50,609 nucleotides of DNA, taken from positions 1 through 50,609 of IMG/VR virus record IMGVR_UViG_3300020042_011508. One strand, given 5' to 3'. Under the pieces are notes generated by a model. The model did not search any database, was not told where the DNA came from, and saw nothing but the letters and a program-made list of their open reading frames with translations. Positions 28,852 to 40,014 of the stretch are shown here, one piece after another. The stretch's first letter is position 1. Every line of letters starts with the position of its first letter. Both the position numbers and the translations under genes were made by a program. This DNA is from a virus. Taxonomy: Duplodnaviria > Caudoviricetes.

Positions 28852-31566
28852 ATGGTTGATGATATTAAAAAAATAAATGATGAGATAAATAATCTTAGAG
28901 CTGAGCTTAAAAGAAATCCATTAAAACCTTTTAATGAAAAGGATCTAGAACAAGCAAAAGCACTACTATCAGGTTTAAGTGCTGAAGTTCGTGAAATGTC
29001 ATCTGATTTAGATTATGTAGCTAAATCATTTAAAGATAGTGTTAATGAATTATCTAATCAAAAATCTTATCTTTTAGATGCTAAAAAATCTCTTAATGGA
29101 ATTGCAAATATAGCTCAAAAAATTACAGAATATAGAAGAGGAGAAACATCATTAAATGAAAAACAACTTAAAGATCTACAAAAACAAGCTAAATTTAAAT
29201 TTGAAGAATTAGAAAAAATTAAACAAGTAGGTAATTTAAGTAGTGAAAACCAAAGAGAAATTATAAAAACATTAGATGAACAAGATATTTTTAACAAATC
29301 TGTTGAAAGAACAGTTGAAATTCAAAAACAAGTTAATAAAGGAATAGGTTTATTAGGAACAGGTATTGGTGGAGTAGCAAAAGCTTTATCAAAAATGGGT
29401 TTTGGTGATTTATCTCAACCACTTGATGATGCAATAGAGAAAACTAAAAATGCTCAAATACAAATCGCCTTAAATAAAGATGAAATTGAAAAAATAAATG
29501 AATTACAAAGAATCCAAAACAAAAATTATGATAATCTAACAGATGAAGAAGTAGAAAGATTTTCTCGTTTAGTTGACATTTATGGAATAGATAAAAAGGC
29601 TCATAAAGAAAAGATTAAAGATTTTGAATCCCAAAATCAAGAATTATCTACTCAAACTTCTAAATATAAAAATATAGGAAATGCATTAAAAGATCAATTA
29701 ACAAAAACAAATCTAATAGATTTTGCTATAGGTCAAATGGTTAGTGCTCTTTCAAAAGCAGATAATGAAACAGGACAATTAGCAAAATCTTTTGGTACTT
29801 CATATAATGAAGCATCAAATATAAGAAATGAACTTAATACTATTGCTAATTTAAGTGGAGATGTTAATATTACAACTTCTGCTTTACAAAAATCATTAAT
29901 AGCTGTTAATAAAGAATTTGGAACAGCAACCGTGTTTAGTGGTGAATTATTAAAAGATTTTACTCAATTAACAGAAGTTGCAGGATACACAAATGAAGCA
30001 GCTGCTCGTTTATCTAAAATATCAGTAGCTACTGGAACAGATTTATCAAAAAATACAGCTAAAATTTTAGGTCAAGCACAAGCGTTTAATGCAACTAATA
30101 AATTAGCTTTAAATGAAAAAGAAATTGTTGAAGAAGTAGCAAAAGCATCTAAAGCAACAACATTATCTTTAGGAATGCAACCTGGTGCATTAACTAAAGC
30201 AGTTGCTCAGGCCAAAGCCTTAGGATCTAGTTTAGAAAAAGTAGAATCAATATCTCAATCATTACTTAACTTTGAATCATCTATATCTTCAGAATTAGAA
30301 GCAGAATTATTAACGGGAAAAAATATGAATTTAGAGCGTGCTCGTATGTATGCTTTAAATAATGATATAGAAGGAGTAGCAAGAGAAATAGCAGGACAAA
30401 TAGGTTCAGCAGCTGATTTTACTAAAATGAATGTTATTCAACAGGAAGCTTTAGCTAAAGCTGTTGGTATGACTAGAGAAGATTTAGCATCTTCATTAAT
30501 TGAAAGGCAAGCATTAGCGGCAATAGGAGAAGGTGATAAAACAGCAGTAGAAGCTTATAATAGATTAAAAAAAGAAGGATTAACGGATGATCAAATTGCT
30601 GCTAAATTAGGTGATAAAAAACTAGCAAAACAATTAAAATCTCAATCAGTTCAAGCAAGATTTAATGCATCTATTGAAAAATTAAAAGAAACATTTATTA
30701 GTATAGCAGGACCTGTATTACAAATTGTATCTCCTATAGTAGATATGCTAGCCCCAGTACTGTCAGTTATTAGTGGTATAGTAGGAACTATTGCTAGTAC
30801 TTTTGGAAAAATATTAGGTCCTCTTGCTGCAGGTTATGCTATATTAAAAAGCACACAGATTGTTTTAACAGCAATATCTGCTTTACAAGCATTTATAACA
30901 ACATCAAAAGCATCTGAACTTGGATTAGGAGGTAGTATTTTAGCTACTTTAGGCTTTCAAAATGCTGCTGAAATGTATAAATTAACATTAATGGATGGTG
31001 GTAATAAAAAACAAGCAATTTCAGCCTTTTTATCTAAAACTATATTAGGTAGTATAATAGCTCAAAGTGGTGCTATATTAAAAAATATAGGAAAATCTAC
31101 TATAGAATTAGGTGTAAAATTGGGAATATTATCAGCTACTTTAGCTACAAATGCTGCTTTAACTTTTGGAGTAGGAGTAGCTGTAGCAATAGCAGCAGCA
31201 TTAGCTGGGTACGCAGTTATAAAAGCTATAACAGCAAATGATATGGTATCATCACCAGGGTATGGTAAACGTACATTATTTGGACCTGAAGGAGCAATTC
31301 AACTAAATAATAAAGATACAGTAATTGCTGGTACTGATTTAGAAGGAAATAATAAAATTAATACAAATAAAATTAATAGATCATCTACATCATTATCAAA
31401 TGCTAAAATAGAAGCATTATTATCTCAAATGATTCAAAAACAAGACAAACCAGTTCAAGTACAAACATCAGTTCAAGTCGATGGAAAAGAAATAGCACAA
31501 GCTGTTGGTAATAATTCAACTAAATTAGGTAATTCTATGAGTACAAACACTTATAAAATTCAATAA
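28852..31566 (+). CDS. Tape measure protein
   Basis: 904-aa Ala/Leu/Lys-rich helical protein with hydrophobic C-terminal stretches, after tube and chaperones. Confidence 0.85.
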   Translation: MVDDIKKINDEINNLRAELKRNPLKPFNEKDLEQAKALLSGLSAEVREMSSDLDYVAKSFKDSVNELSNQKSYLLDAKKSLNGIANIAQKITEYRRGETSLNEKQLKDLQKQAKFKFEELEKIKQVGNLSSENQREIIKTLDEQDIFNKSVERTVEIQKQVNKGIGLLGTGIGGVAKALSKMGFGDLSQPLDDAIEKTKNAQIQIALNKDEIEKINELQRIQNKNYDNLTDEEVERFSRLVDIYGIDKKAHKEKIKDFESQNQELSTQTSKYKNIGNALKDQLTKTNLIDFAIGQMVSALSKADNETGQLAKSFGTSYNEASNIRNELNTIANLSGDVNITTSALQKSLIAVNKEFGTATVFSGELLKDFTQLTEVAGYTNEAAARLSKISVATGTDLSKNTAKILGQAQAFNATNKLALNEKEIVEEVAKASKATTLSLGMQPGALTKAVAQAKALGSSLEKVESISQSLLNFESSISSELEAELLTGKNMNLERARMYALNNDIEGVAREIAGQIGSAADFTKMNVIQQEALAKAVGMTREDLASSLIERQALAAIGEGDKTAVEAYNRLKKEGLTDDQIAAKLGDKKLAKQLKSQSVQARFNASIEKLKETFISIAGPVLQIVSPIVDMLAPVLSVISGIVGTIASTFGKILGPLAAGYAILKSTQIVLTAISALQAFITTSKASELGLGGSILATLGFQNAAEMYKLTLMDGGNKKQAISAFLSKTILGSIIAQSGAILKNIGKSTIELGVKLGILSATLATNAALTFGVGVAVAIAAALAGYAVIKAITANDMVSSPGYGKRTLFGPEGAIQLNNKDTVIAGTDLEGNNKINTNKINRSSTSLSNAKIEALLSQMIQKQDKPVQVQTSVQVDGKEIAQAVGNNSTKLGNSMSTNTYKIQ

Positions 31567-31597
31567 GATATAATATTTATAATCAAAAACAAATATC

Positions 31598-31885
31598 ATG
31601 GGACTATTAAACTTATTAACACAAACAGGAACACCATTCAGTACAGGTAATGGTGCTACTCCTTCAACTAATCCAGGAGCAACTAAACAATCATTATTAC
31701 ATGCTGATGGTAATCAAGCATCATATTCATTAAATGGAGCTAATGCTCCTGCTGTTAATAAAGCATATGTTGAATATAATGATGGATATAATAACGCATT
31801 ACCTCAACCATCACAATTAGATTTAAATGGCCAAAAACCAACATTACCAGGTAAATTACCTTACTTAGATAATCTACCAAAATAA
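31598..31885 (+). CDS. Small tail/baseplate-associated protein
   Basis: 95-aa ORF after a late-type motif (31573-31581). Confidence 0.6.
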   Translation: MGLLNLLTQTGTPFSTGNGATPSTNPGATKQSLLHADGNQASYSLNGANAPAVNKAYVEYNDGYNNALPQPSQLDLNGQKPTLPGKLPYLDNLPK

Positions 31886-31888
31886 TAA

Positions 31889-34411
31889 ATGGGGTTAATA
31901 AACCTACTTACAGATCCGAAAAACTTTAAGTTTTATAATGGCGGACAAGGTTATACCGGCGATGGGTCAAAACCTAGTTTACTTAATATTCCTTATGGTA
32001 AGGATAGAATTGATGGTGGAAGTAGTGGTCAACCATATATTACATCTCCTATTCTTTACAATCAAAATAGTGTAACACTATTAAAAAATGATTTTTTATT
32101 AAGAGGAGGAACAACATATCCTGAAAACGCAGCACAAGATGTTGTTCGTTTAAGTAAAATGTTTGGTGATACTAAATCACCTAATGGTTTGTTGTTTATA
32201 GCTAAACAACAATTATTATCCCGTACAGCAGTTCGCACTCAAACAAGTGGTATTTTAAATGAAGGAATTTATTCTCCATTAAATACATTAGCTGAGGCTG
32301 GTGTTGTAGGTTTAGGAATTCATTTAAATAAACAAGGTTTAAATCCATTTGCTACAACAGGTGCATATTCTAATAATCCTAATTTATATGGTGTTAGAGT
32401 AACACCAGAACAAAGTATATTAAATAATAGATTATACGGTTTATATAATGAAAAAATATTAAATAATAAATTTTCAACACCTGGACTTAAAGGATTTACA
32501 ACAAATCCAATTAGTCTAAATCCATTATTAATTTCATATTCAGGAGGACCAGGATCTACTTTAGGTGTAGGAAAAACAAATATTAGATTTGCAGATCAAA
32601 GAACAGGTAAAAATAATCCTTTATATAATTCATTATATTTTACAGGAATTAATCCTACAGGTTCATTAATAAATGATACTCCTGTTTTTTTACATGATAG
32701 AAGAGATATTTCTAATTATATAGAATCTAAAAAATTTACAGGACTTTTATCATTTAAAATTCCAAGTAATGTAAAAAGCAAAGAAATAGGTAAAAATAAT
32801 CCATTAGCTAAAACTAATCCAACATATTTTTATACTGGAAGTATAAAATCAGTTTTTATAGATAAAGAGGCAGAATTAGAGGAACAACAGGGTGGATTGC
32901 TTATTAATACTACTCAAAGTTGGACAAATACTGGCAATTATAAAGTTTATGATCGTTTAACTTCAAAATATGTTAACTATAATTCAGTTTTACCTAATTT
33001 TAATGTAAATTCATTACAATCATCAGGATTAAGTTTAATACCTAAATCTCCTAATGGTTTTACAGGATCAATTTCAGTAAATAGTGATAATAAACAAGTA
33101 GGAGGCTTATTAATAGATACATACCAACCATGGACAACTACAGAAGTAATAACTCCTGATTTTGATGTAAATGTTGAGCAAAAATATGGAACTATTTTAC
33201 AAATAACTGGTGAAAAATCATGGACTCCACAATATGATATTACAACTAAAAATACTTCTAGTTTAACAAATAGAGTTAGTAACACATATCAAACACTAGC
33301 TTCTGGGTCTAAAATTAACAATAGTGGAAGTTATAATTATAATGTATATGATTCTGGTTCTTTAAAAAATAATCAATTAATTAATGCTCAAGGAACTTAT
33401 ACTTATACTCAAACAGATTTAATAAATACACCTATTACTCCTGGTAAATTATCTTTTTCACCAAAAATTCAAGATTTTAGAGCTATTTTAAGAGGTAAAA
33501 CAAATCAATCAACTTTAGGAACTATAGAAAATGCAACTGCTTCAGGTCAATTAACTGCAGCTCCTGACTATACTAATTTTAATATAGAAACAAGAGTTAA
33601 TATAGGAAATGAAGATGGTAGTGGCCCAGGAGCAAGATCAGGTAAAAATTATGCTAACTACACTTCAGGATCAACATATTTAATTAGTAATAAAAGTGTA
33701 GGCCCTTTAGATATGATTAATGCTTTATCTATTTATACAGGTAGCTCAGTACCTTCAACAACAGAACAACCAATAAATGATTTATGTAAATTTAGAATAG
33801 CAATTATAGATAATGATACTCCTACTACTAAAACTTTCGTACATTTTAGAGCATTTTTAGATTCAATATCAGATGCATATACTGCTGAATGGAATCCTGT
33901 AAAATATTTAGGAAGAGGTGAAAATTTTTATACTTATAATGGTTATACTAGACAAATGTCATTAAGTTGGACAGTAGCAGCTCAATCAAAACAAGAGTTA
34001 ATACCAATGTATAAAAAATTAAACTATCTTGCTTCTAGTTTAACTCCTGATTACAGTACAACTGGTTATATGAGAGGTAATTTGGTTCAATTAACCATAG
34101 GAGGATATGTTTATGAACAACCTGGTATAATAACTGGTTTAACATATACAATGGAAGAAACTTCTCCATGGGAAATAGGAATAAATGCTCATGGAGGTTT
34201 TGATTCTAGTGTTAAAGAATTACCACATATTATTAGAGTAACAGGATTTAATTTTATACCAATCCAGAAATTTAGACCTGAAATACAAAAAGGTGAAAAT
34301 GATTATAAACACTATATTTCACTTGCTGATGGTGATAATGTACTAGATAACAGTTATAAATCCTTACCACCAAAAGTTTCAACTACTATTGTACAAACTC
34401 CAATAATCTAA
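31889..34411 (+). CDS. Baseplate / tail-tube initiator-like protein
   Basis: C-terminal FRAFLD...W....YLGRGE.FY.Y.G..R...LTIG tube-like domain; synteny. Confidence 0.65.
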   Translation: MGLINLLTDPKNFKFYNGGQGYTGDGSKPSLLNIPYGKDRIDGGSSGQPYITSPILYNQNSVTLLKNDFLLRGGTTYPENAAQDVVRLSKMFGDTKSPNGLLFIAKQQLLSRTAVRTQTSGILNEGIYSPLNTLAEAGVVGLGIHLNKQGLNPFATTGAYSNNPNLYGVRVTPEQSILNNRLYGLYNEKILNNKFSTPGLKGFTTNPISLNPLLISYSGGPGSTLGVGKTNIRFADQRTGKNNPLYNSLYFTGINPTGSLINDTPVFLHDRRDISNYIESKKFTGLLSFKIPSNVKSKEIGKNNPLAKTNPTYFYTGSIKSVFIDKEAELEEQQGGLLINTTQSWTNTGNYKVYDRLTSKYVNYNSVLPNFNVNSLQSSGLSLIPKSPNGFTGSISVNSDNKQVGGLLIDTYQPWTTTEVITPDFDVNVEQKYGTILQITGEKSWTPQYDITTKNTSSLTNRVSNTYQTLASGSKINNSGSYNYNVYDSGSLKNNQLINAQGTYTYTQTDLINTPITPGKLSFSPKIQDFRAILRGKTNQSTLGTIENATASGQLTAAPDYTNFNIETRVNIGNEDGSGPGARSGKNYANYTSGSTYLISNKSVGPLDMINALSIYTGSSVPSTTEQPINDLCKFRIAIIDNDTPTTKTFVHFRAFLDSISDAYTAEWNPVKYLGRGENFYTYNGYTRQMSLSWTVAAQSKQELIPMYKKLNYLASSLTPDYSTTGYMRGNLVQLTIGGYVYEQPGIITGLTYTMEETSPWEIGINAHGGFDSSVKELPHIIRVTGFNFIPIQKFRPEIQKGENDYKHYISLADGDNVLDNSYKSLPPKVSTTIVQTPII

Positions 34412-34428
34412 ACAAGTAATAAATAACA

Positions 34429-34752
34429 ATGAATAGATATCAAAACATATTAAAAACAAAAATAGATGGAAATTTAGTTTATGTAACTTCTCGTTATCCT
34501 GAGGTTCCTCTATCTTCTAATGATATTTATGTATATACAACACAAGGAGATAGATTTGATACTTTAGCTCAACAGTTTTACAAAAATAGTTCATTATGGT
34601 GGGTTATTTCAATAGCAAATACAGCAGTAGCAGGAACTGACTTACCATCAGATTTACCTCAAAATACATTAGTAGTACCTGAAGGAATACAAATAAGAAT
34701 ACCAGCAAATTATCAAAATGTAATAAATAGTTTTAATATAATAAATAGTTAA
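34429..34752 (+). CDS. LysM-like baseplate wedge protein (gp53-like)
   Basis: GDRFDTLAQQFY.NSSLWWVISIAN...QIRIP. Confidence 0.8.
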   Translation: MNRYQNILKTKIDGNLVYVTSRYPEVPLSSNDIYVYTTQGDRFDTLAQQFYKNSSLWWVISIANTAVAGTDLPSDLPQNTLVVPEGIQIRIPANYQNVINSFNIINS

Positions 34753-34753
34753 T

Positions 34754-35664
34754 ATGAATATAGTAGGTGAAGATTTTAATCAAGAAATAGCAAAACAAGT
34801 AATTCAAAGACAAAAAATTTATGGTTCTATAAATAGAAGTAATGAAGAATTAACTTATTTAAATGCTAGAACTGGTTGGTGTAAATTAATGTCTGGAGTA
34901 TCTGTTAATCCCGCAGAATTAAATACTTTTGCTAATATTAGAAATTTAAATATACCTTCAGGAAACTTCTTAGCTCAAAACCATGTTTTATGGAATGGTG
35001 TAACATCTTTTAATACTGAAAATAATAATCATTTTGGAATAATCAAGGTATAGCTACAGATAAAAGTGTATTTAATGATGGAGCATATGGTTTTGGAGGA
35101 TTAGAATTAGGTATAAGACCAATGCCGGGTATAATTTCAGCAGAAATAAAAACCGAAACAAGAGGTTCAATTAAAAAAGCTACTGTAAAAATCCAAGCAA
35201 ATAATAGAACTCAATTTGATATAATTGATTTATTATATATGCGTTTAGGATATAGTGTTTTATTAGAATGGGGTCAAAGTTCTTATTTTAATAATGATGG
35301 AACTTATATAAAAAAAAATCCTTATAGTTTAGCAATACCTTGGTTTACAGAAAAATATGCTACTGTTGGTGGAGGAACTGCTCCTTTAACATATAATTCT
35401 ATATTAAAAGTTATAAATAGTTATAGATTATTATCTTGTGGTAATTATGATGCTATTTTTGCTAAAGTAGTTAATTTTAGTTGGAATTTTACTAATGAGG
35501 GAAAATATGATATTACAATAAATTTAATAAGTTTAGGTGATGTAATTGAATCTTTAAAAGCAAATACTTTATTAGGAAAAACAGCAGCAGAAATACAAGC
35601 AGAGGAGGCAGCAATAGAAGAAATAAATGCAAATGCCGCTGCCTCCTCGTTTATTTTTACATAG
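34754..35664 (+). CDS. Baseplate hub-like protein, N-terminal part, interrupted by a -1 frameshift near 35030
   Basis: ORF 34754-35053 continues in the -1 frame from 35029 (SFWNNQGIATDKSVFNDGAYGFGGLELGIRPMPG) into 35122-35664. Confidence 0.6.
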
Positions 35665-35694
35665 AAATAACACAAAACGAAAATTTATATTAAC

Positions 35695-37670
35695 ATGGCA
35701 GAAAAAGATCCTATAGTATCGTTTAAAAACGCTCATGAAATTGGAAGACATTTTTATGATATACAACAACAATTTGAAAACATACCAGAAACTGGTTATG
35801 GTATATATCTTATTAGAAAAGATTATTTAATAGGCACACCCCAAGCATTTACAGCAGCCAATTACTATGCTCAAGATTTTAGTGATGGTATAAAAAAACA
35901 ATACTATATAAGATTTGGTCGTTTTTTAGATTTTTTAGTAGAAAAAATCATCCCTAATATAAATTATGATAAAGATATTAAATTAATAAAAATAGATACT
36001 AATATTAAATCTAATATAATACATGTATTACCAAGAATAGTTAGTGCTGATCCTAAAGTTTGTACTATACGTACTAAATTTAATTTTAATGAGGTAATTT
36101 ATTATTATGGATATAATACTCAAGAATTTATAATTCCTTTTAATGATTCGGCTATTAAAGGAACATATGGTTATGTGATGAACATTTATTTTAATTTTGA
36201 TTTTATTCTTAATAAAATAGATGAATTAAAAGACGATAAAGGTAAAATATCATTATATAGTTTATTAGATGCTTTATGTAAAGGATTTAATGAAGCAACA
36301 GGTCATTACAATAAATTAGAGCCAATAATTGATGCTGAAGAAAATATTATTAAAATATTAGATGATGTAGCTTTACCCGATAGAAAAGCTATATTAAAAT
36401 CCTCATTATTATCTGGATCTTTTGGAGATGAATTAACAGAAAATGTAATTTTTGATACATACGGATATTACACAGGAACATCAGGTAGTATATATGGTAT
36501 AGGAGTACCTCATGCTGGTTTTATTAAAAATTTAAGTTTTAATACAACTGTTTCTCCTGAATTAGCTACAATGATTACTGTAGGTTCTACAAATAAAGGA
36601 TATGTAAAAGGACAAGATGCGACTGCTTTATCTAGAATGAATAATGGATTAGAAGATAGATTTAAAAAAGAAATTACTAATACTAATCAAGTAGAAGATG
36701 AACTACCTCATTAGAGGTTGAATATAGAGAATCAATTGAAGCATTTAATCTATATATACAAAATTTAGGAGTAAGTGAAACGGGTGGAGAACCTACATAT
36801 ACTGAACAATCAGTTAATGATTATAAAAATACTCAAACTCAATTTATAGAATATCAACAAGCACAAGCAATACTAGAAGAAAAAAGACAACACCCCGAAA
36901 GTACAGCTGCTTCTCCTAATGCAGGATTTTTACCATTTGATTTATCACTAACAATGGATGGATTATCAGGAATGAAAGTATATCAAAATTTTCTAATAGA
37001 TACATCTTTTTTACCTACTAATTATCCTGGTACTTTAGAATTTTTAATTAAAGGTATAACTCATAAAATTGAAGGTAATCAATGGACAACTAATATTGAA
37101 TCAATGGCTATTCCTAAAAATCCATTTGCAGTAACAGGATCCGATAACCCAGTAGATGAAGCTTCACGTAATAGTAATAGAGGAGAAGCAAACTTCAGTG
37201 CAGTACGTGGTGGTTCTTTTAAAACAATAGATGGTGTAAAATATAAAAACGGAGAAATACCTGAAAATAAATTAAGAGCTATAAATAATATGGCTAAATA
37301 TATAGGATCTATTTCAAGTGATAAAATTAATGCTAATGATCGTAGTGGTAGAATTAGATTATATGAAAAAGCCTCTATATCATTAGACAAACTTATAGTA
37401 GCAGCTGAAGCAGCAGGAATAACTGTAAAAATAAACTCAGGTTACAGAACATATGATGATCAAGTAAGAGTTAGAAAACAATACCCAAATGACTCAGCTA
37501 AACCAGGTACATCAAATCACGGTTTTGGTTTAGCAGTTGATTTTGCAACACCTGGATTAAAAAGAGTAAAACCAGGAGATAAATTATATGACTGGTTAAT
37601 AGTAAATGGTCCTAAATATGGATTTCAAAGAATACAAAAAGAAACATGGCATTGGGAATATCAAGCTTAA
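35695..37670 (+). CDS. Baseplate hub-like protein, C-terminal part with M15 (VanY-like D-Ala-D-Ala carboxypeptidase) domain, interrupted by a -1 frameshift near 36708
   Basis: ORF 35695-36714 continues in the -1 frame (LEVEYRES...GFLPFDLSLTMDG) into 36954-37670; SGYRT..Q, PGTSNHGFGLAVD, ETWHWEY Zn-peptidase motifs. Confidence 0.7.
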
Positions 37671-37686
37671 ATAGTTATAATAAAAT

Positions 37687-38631
37687 ATGCCTTATTATCC
37701 TTTATCACAAATAAAAACTAATTTATATACTAATGGTAACGGATTTGTTACTAATGTAAATAATCCTGATACTATATATAAAGGATATTACTGGAAAACA
37801 TCTAGTGGAAAGTATTTTACTGGTAAAACACCTCAAGATAAACCTAATACAGAATTATTTTTAAAACAACAAATTAATTTTAACCAATATTCAGATATAG
37901 CTATAAATCTAATATTAAATTCTATAGCTACAAATGGTGGTAGTGAAATAAATGGAGGTGATAATATTGAAGGTGGAAATCCTACTGTTTTAGATTATAT
38001 AGCTCTTAAAAACATACCTAAAGGCACAGTTCAATTTATACCTTACTATAATCCACAAATTCCCACTCAACAAAATTATCAAAATGAAGAATTTAGAAGA
38101 TTTTTTTGTAAAAAAACAAACGAAATAATTTATATTGAAATAGATGTAACTCAATATAATAAGTTAATATCTAAAAATCCTGAAATTTTATGGCAACTAT
38201 ATTTACCATACAATATAACTTGGCAATTAACAGGAGATAAACAACAAGTAGCTAAAGTAAATAAAAATATGGTTGAATTAGCTTCTAAAAATTTAAAATT
38301 ACCTAGCTTTAATCTTTACATAAAAGAAGATTATACAAAGTATTACCAATATACTGAGGCATCTAATTTATATACTGCTGGTGGAGAATTTAAAACCGAA
38401 AAAGGTGTAAATTATGTAGGATTTTATCATATCCATAATAGTAAAGGACCAATGGTTGGTAAAATCCATACTATAGAACCTCACGGATATTTATTTCCAA
38501 TAAACGAGAATATTATCTCTAGAATTCAAACTTTAACGCCTAGTTCTATTTCTGGTAGCAATACTACACCAACCTATACCCCTAATAATACTAATATAGG
38601 TGGAGGAGGAGGAGGAGGAGGAGGTTATTAA
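37687..38631 (+). CDS. Hypothetical (probably virion) protein with two LYT.G.EF-like repeats and a poly-Gly tail
   Basis: 314-aa ORF; (GGA)7 at 38602-38622. Confidence 0.65.
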   Translation: MPYYPLSQIKTNLYTNGNGFVTNVNNPDTIYKGYYWKTSSGKYFTGKTPQDKPNTELFLKQQINFNQYSDIAINLILNSIATNGGSEINGGDNIEGGNPTVLDYIALKNIPKGTVQFIPYYNPQIPTQQNYQNEEFRRFFCKKTNEIIYIEIDVTQYNKLISKNPEILWQLYLPYNITWQLTGDKQQVAKVNKNMVELASKNLKLPSFNLYIKEDYTKYYQYTEASNLYTAGGEFKTEKGVNYVGFYHIHNSKGPMVGKIHTIEPHGYLFPINENIISRIQTLTPSSISGSNTTPTYTPNNTNIGGGGGGGGGY

Positions 38632-38633
38632 AC

Positions 38634-38662
38634 TTGGAATTATGACTTCTAGTTTGTATATT
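38634..38662 (+). promoter_or_regulatory. Bacteroidota-type promoter TTGG-N19-TATATT
   Basis: Conserved spacing; at the start of the replication module. Confidence 0.6.
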
Positions 38663-38681
38663 AACGGAGTAAATAAAGGTT

Positions 38682-39953
38682 ATGTATTGGTTGATAGAAA
38701 CAGAGGAGCAATTAGAGTATTTCACTCAAAATCCTATAAAAGAGGCTTTTATTGAGATAATACCTTTACACGATCAAATCCATCCTGCTATTAACGATGT
38801 GTCTTTAGTGTATATTAAACCGTTTAACGATGCTAAAGCTTATATGTTATGTATTGACCATAGTGAAACCTTTAGCGTTAATAAGACAACTATAGGCGCG
38901 TTAATACAAAGTATAGATAAAGTATGGGTACGTGATAAAAAATCCGCATTATATTATTTTCCATTTAAAAATATATGCTGCCTATCCCCACTTAACCCTA
39001 CGTATATACAAAGCGATACACAAGCACACATTCATTTTCAAAATACGGATTATCCAAGATTAAACAGAATAATACCGGTTTCAAAACACTATGAAAAGTG
39101 TGAAAATATTTATAAACAAGTAATACAAGTTTTATCTCAACCCATACCCGATTATTATTCGTTTTATAACGAAAAAGTAATATTAGCGTTTTTCGGAATT
39201 GAGAGAAACGGAATTAAAATAAACAAACAACAATTTAATGAACATTATCACCCGACTAAAGACATTTATTCTATATATGATGATAGAATTTACACGCAGT
39301 ACAACTTATCCACTACTACTCGGAGACCAAGTAACGCTTTTAATGGTATTAATTTCGCAGCTTTAAATAAAGACAGTGGCGCGAGGTCTTCATTCATTCC
39401 GAACAATAAATTTGTGGAGATTGATATTTCGGCATATCATCCGCATTTAGCAGCTTGGCTGATTGGTTATGATTTTAATGGTTTAGACGTACATAGTGCA
39501 TTTGCTGAAATGTACGGTGTATCTTATGAGGAATCCAAACAAATTACGTTTAGACAACTATATGGCGGTATTTACAAACAATACGAGCATTTAGTATATT
39601 TTCAACAGGTGAAAACATTCATTAACAGGATGTGGAACGAGTTTGAGGCAACGGGTAAATATAAAGTACTAATTTCAGGTTATATATTTGAAAAAGATAA
39701 ATTAGATAATATGAATCCGCAAAAATTATTTAACTATGTTTTACAAAATGTAGAATCAGCGGTTAATACTTATATTTTAATGGATATACATAAATTATTA
39801 AGAGGTAAACAAACTAAAATAGTACTATATACTTACGACAGTTTTTTATTTGATATAGGAGATGAGGGAATTGAGGAAGAATTAGGAGAGATATTTAAAA
39901 AATACAAATTACAAATAAAGACTAAACATGGGACAAACTATGATTTTAAGTAA
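38682..39953 (+). CDS. polA: Short, divergent family A DNA polymerase
   Basis: IERNGI, TTTRRPSN, motif A EIDISAYHP, motif B KQITFRQLYG, motif C YTYDSFLFD. Confidence 0.8.
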   Translation: MYWLIETEEQLEYFTQNPIKEAFIEIIPLHDQIHPAINDVSLVYIKPFNDAKAYMLCIDHSETFSVNKTTIGALIQSIDKVWVRDKKSALYYFPFKNICCLSPLNPTYIQSDTQAHIHFQNTDYPRLNRIIPVSKHYEKCENIYKQVIQVLSQPIPDYYSFYNEKVILAFFGIERNGIKINKQQFNEHYHPTKDIYSIYDDRIYTQYNLSTTTRRPSNAFNGINFAALNKDSGARSSFIPNNKFVEIDISAYHPHLAAWLIGYDFNGLDVHSAFAEMYGVSYEESKQITFRQLYGGIYKQYEHLVYFQQVKTFINRMWNEFEATGKYKVLISGYIFEKDKLDNMNPQKLFNYVLQNVESAVNTYILMDIHKLLRGKQTKIVLYTYDSFLFDIGDEGIEEELGEIFKKYKLQIKTKHGTNYDFK

Positions 39954-40014
39954 ACCAATTGATATGTATAATGTAGGCAATCAATATGACTTTGATACCT
40001 ATATAGATACTAAC

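Noticed and set aside
35051-36714. All three broken baseplate ORFs end in TAG, suggesting amber recoding (code 15)
   Set aside because: Readthrough does not restore the gene: two breaks need a frame change and the third is followed by TAA two codons later; no other gene is interrupted by TAG
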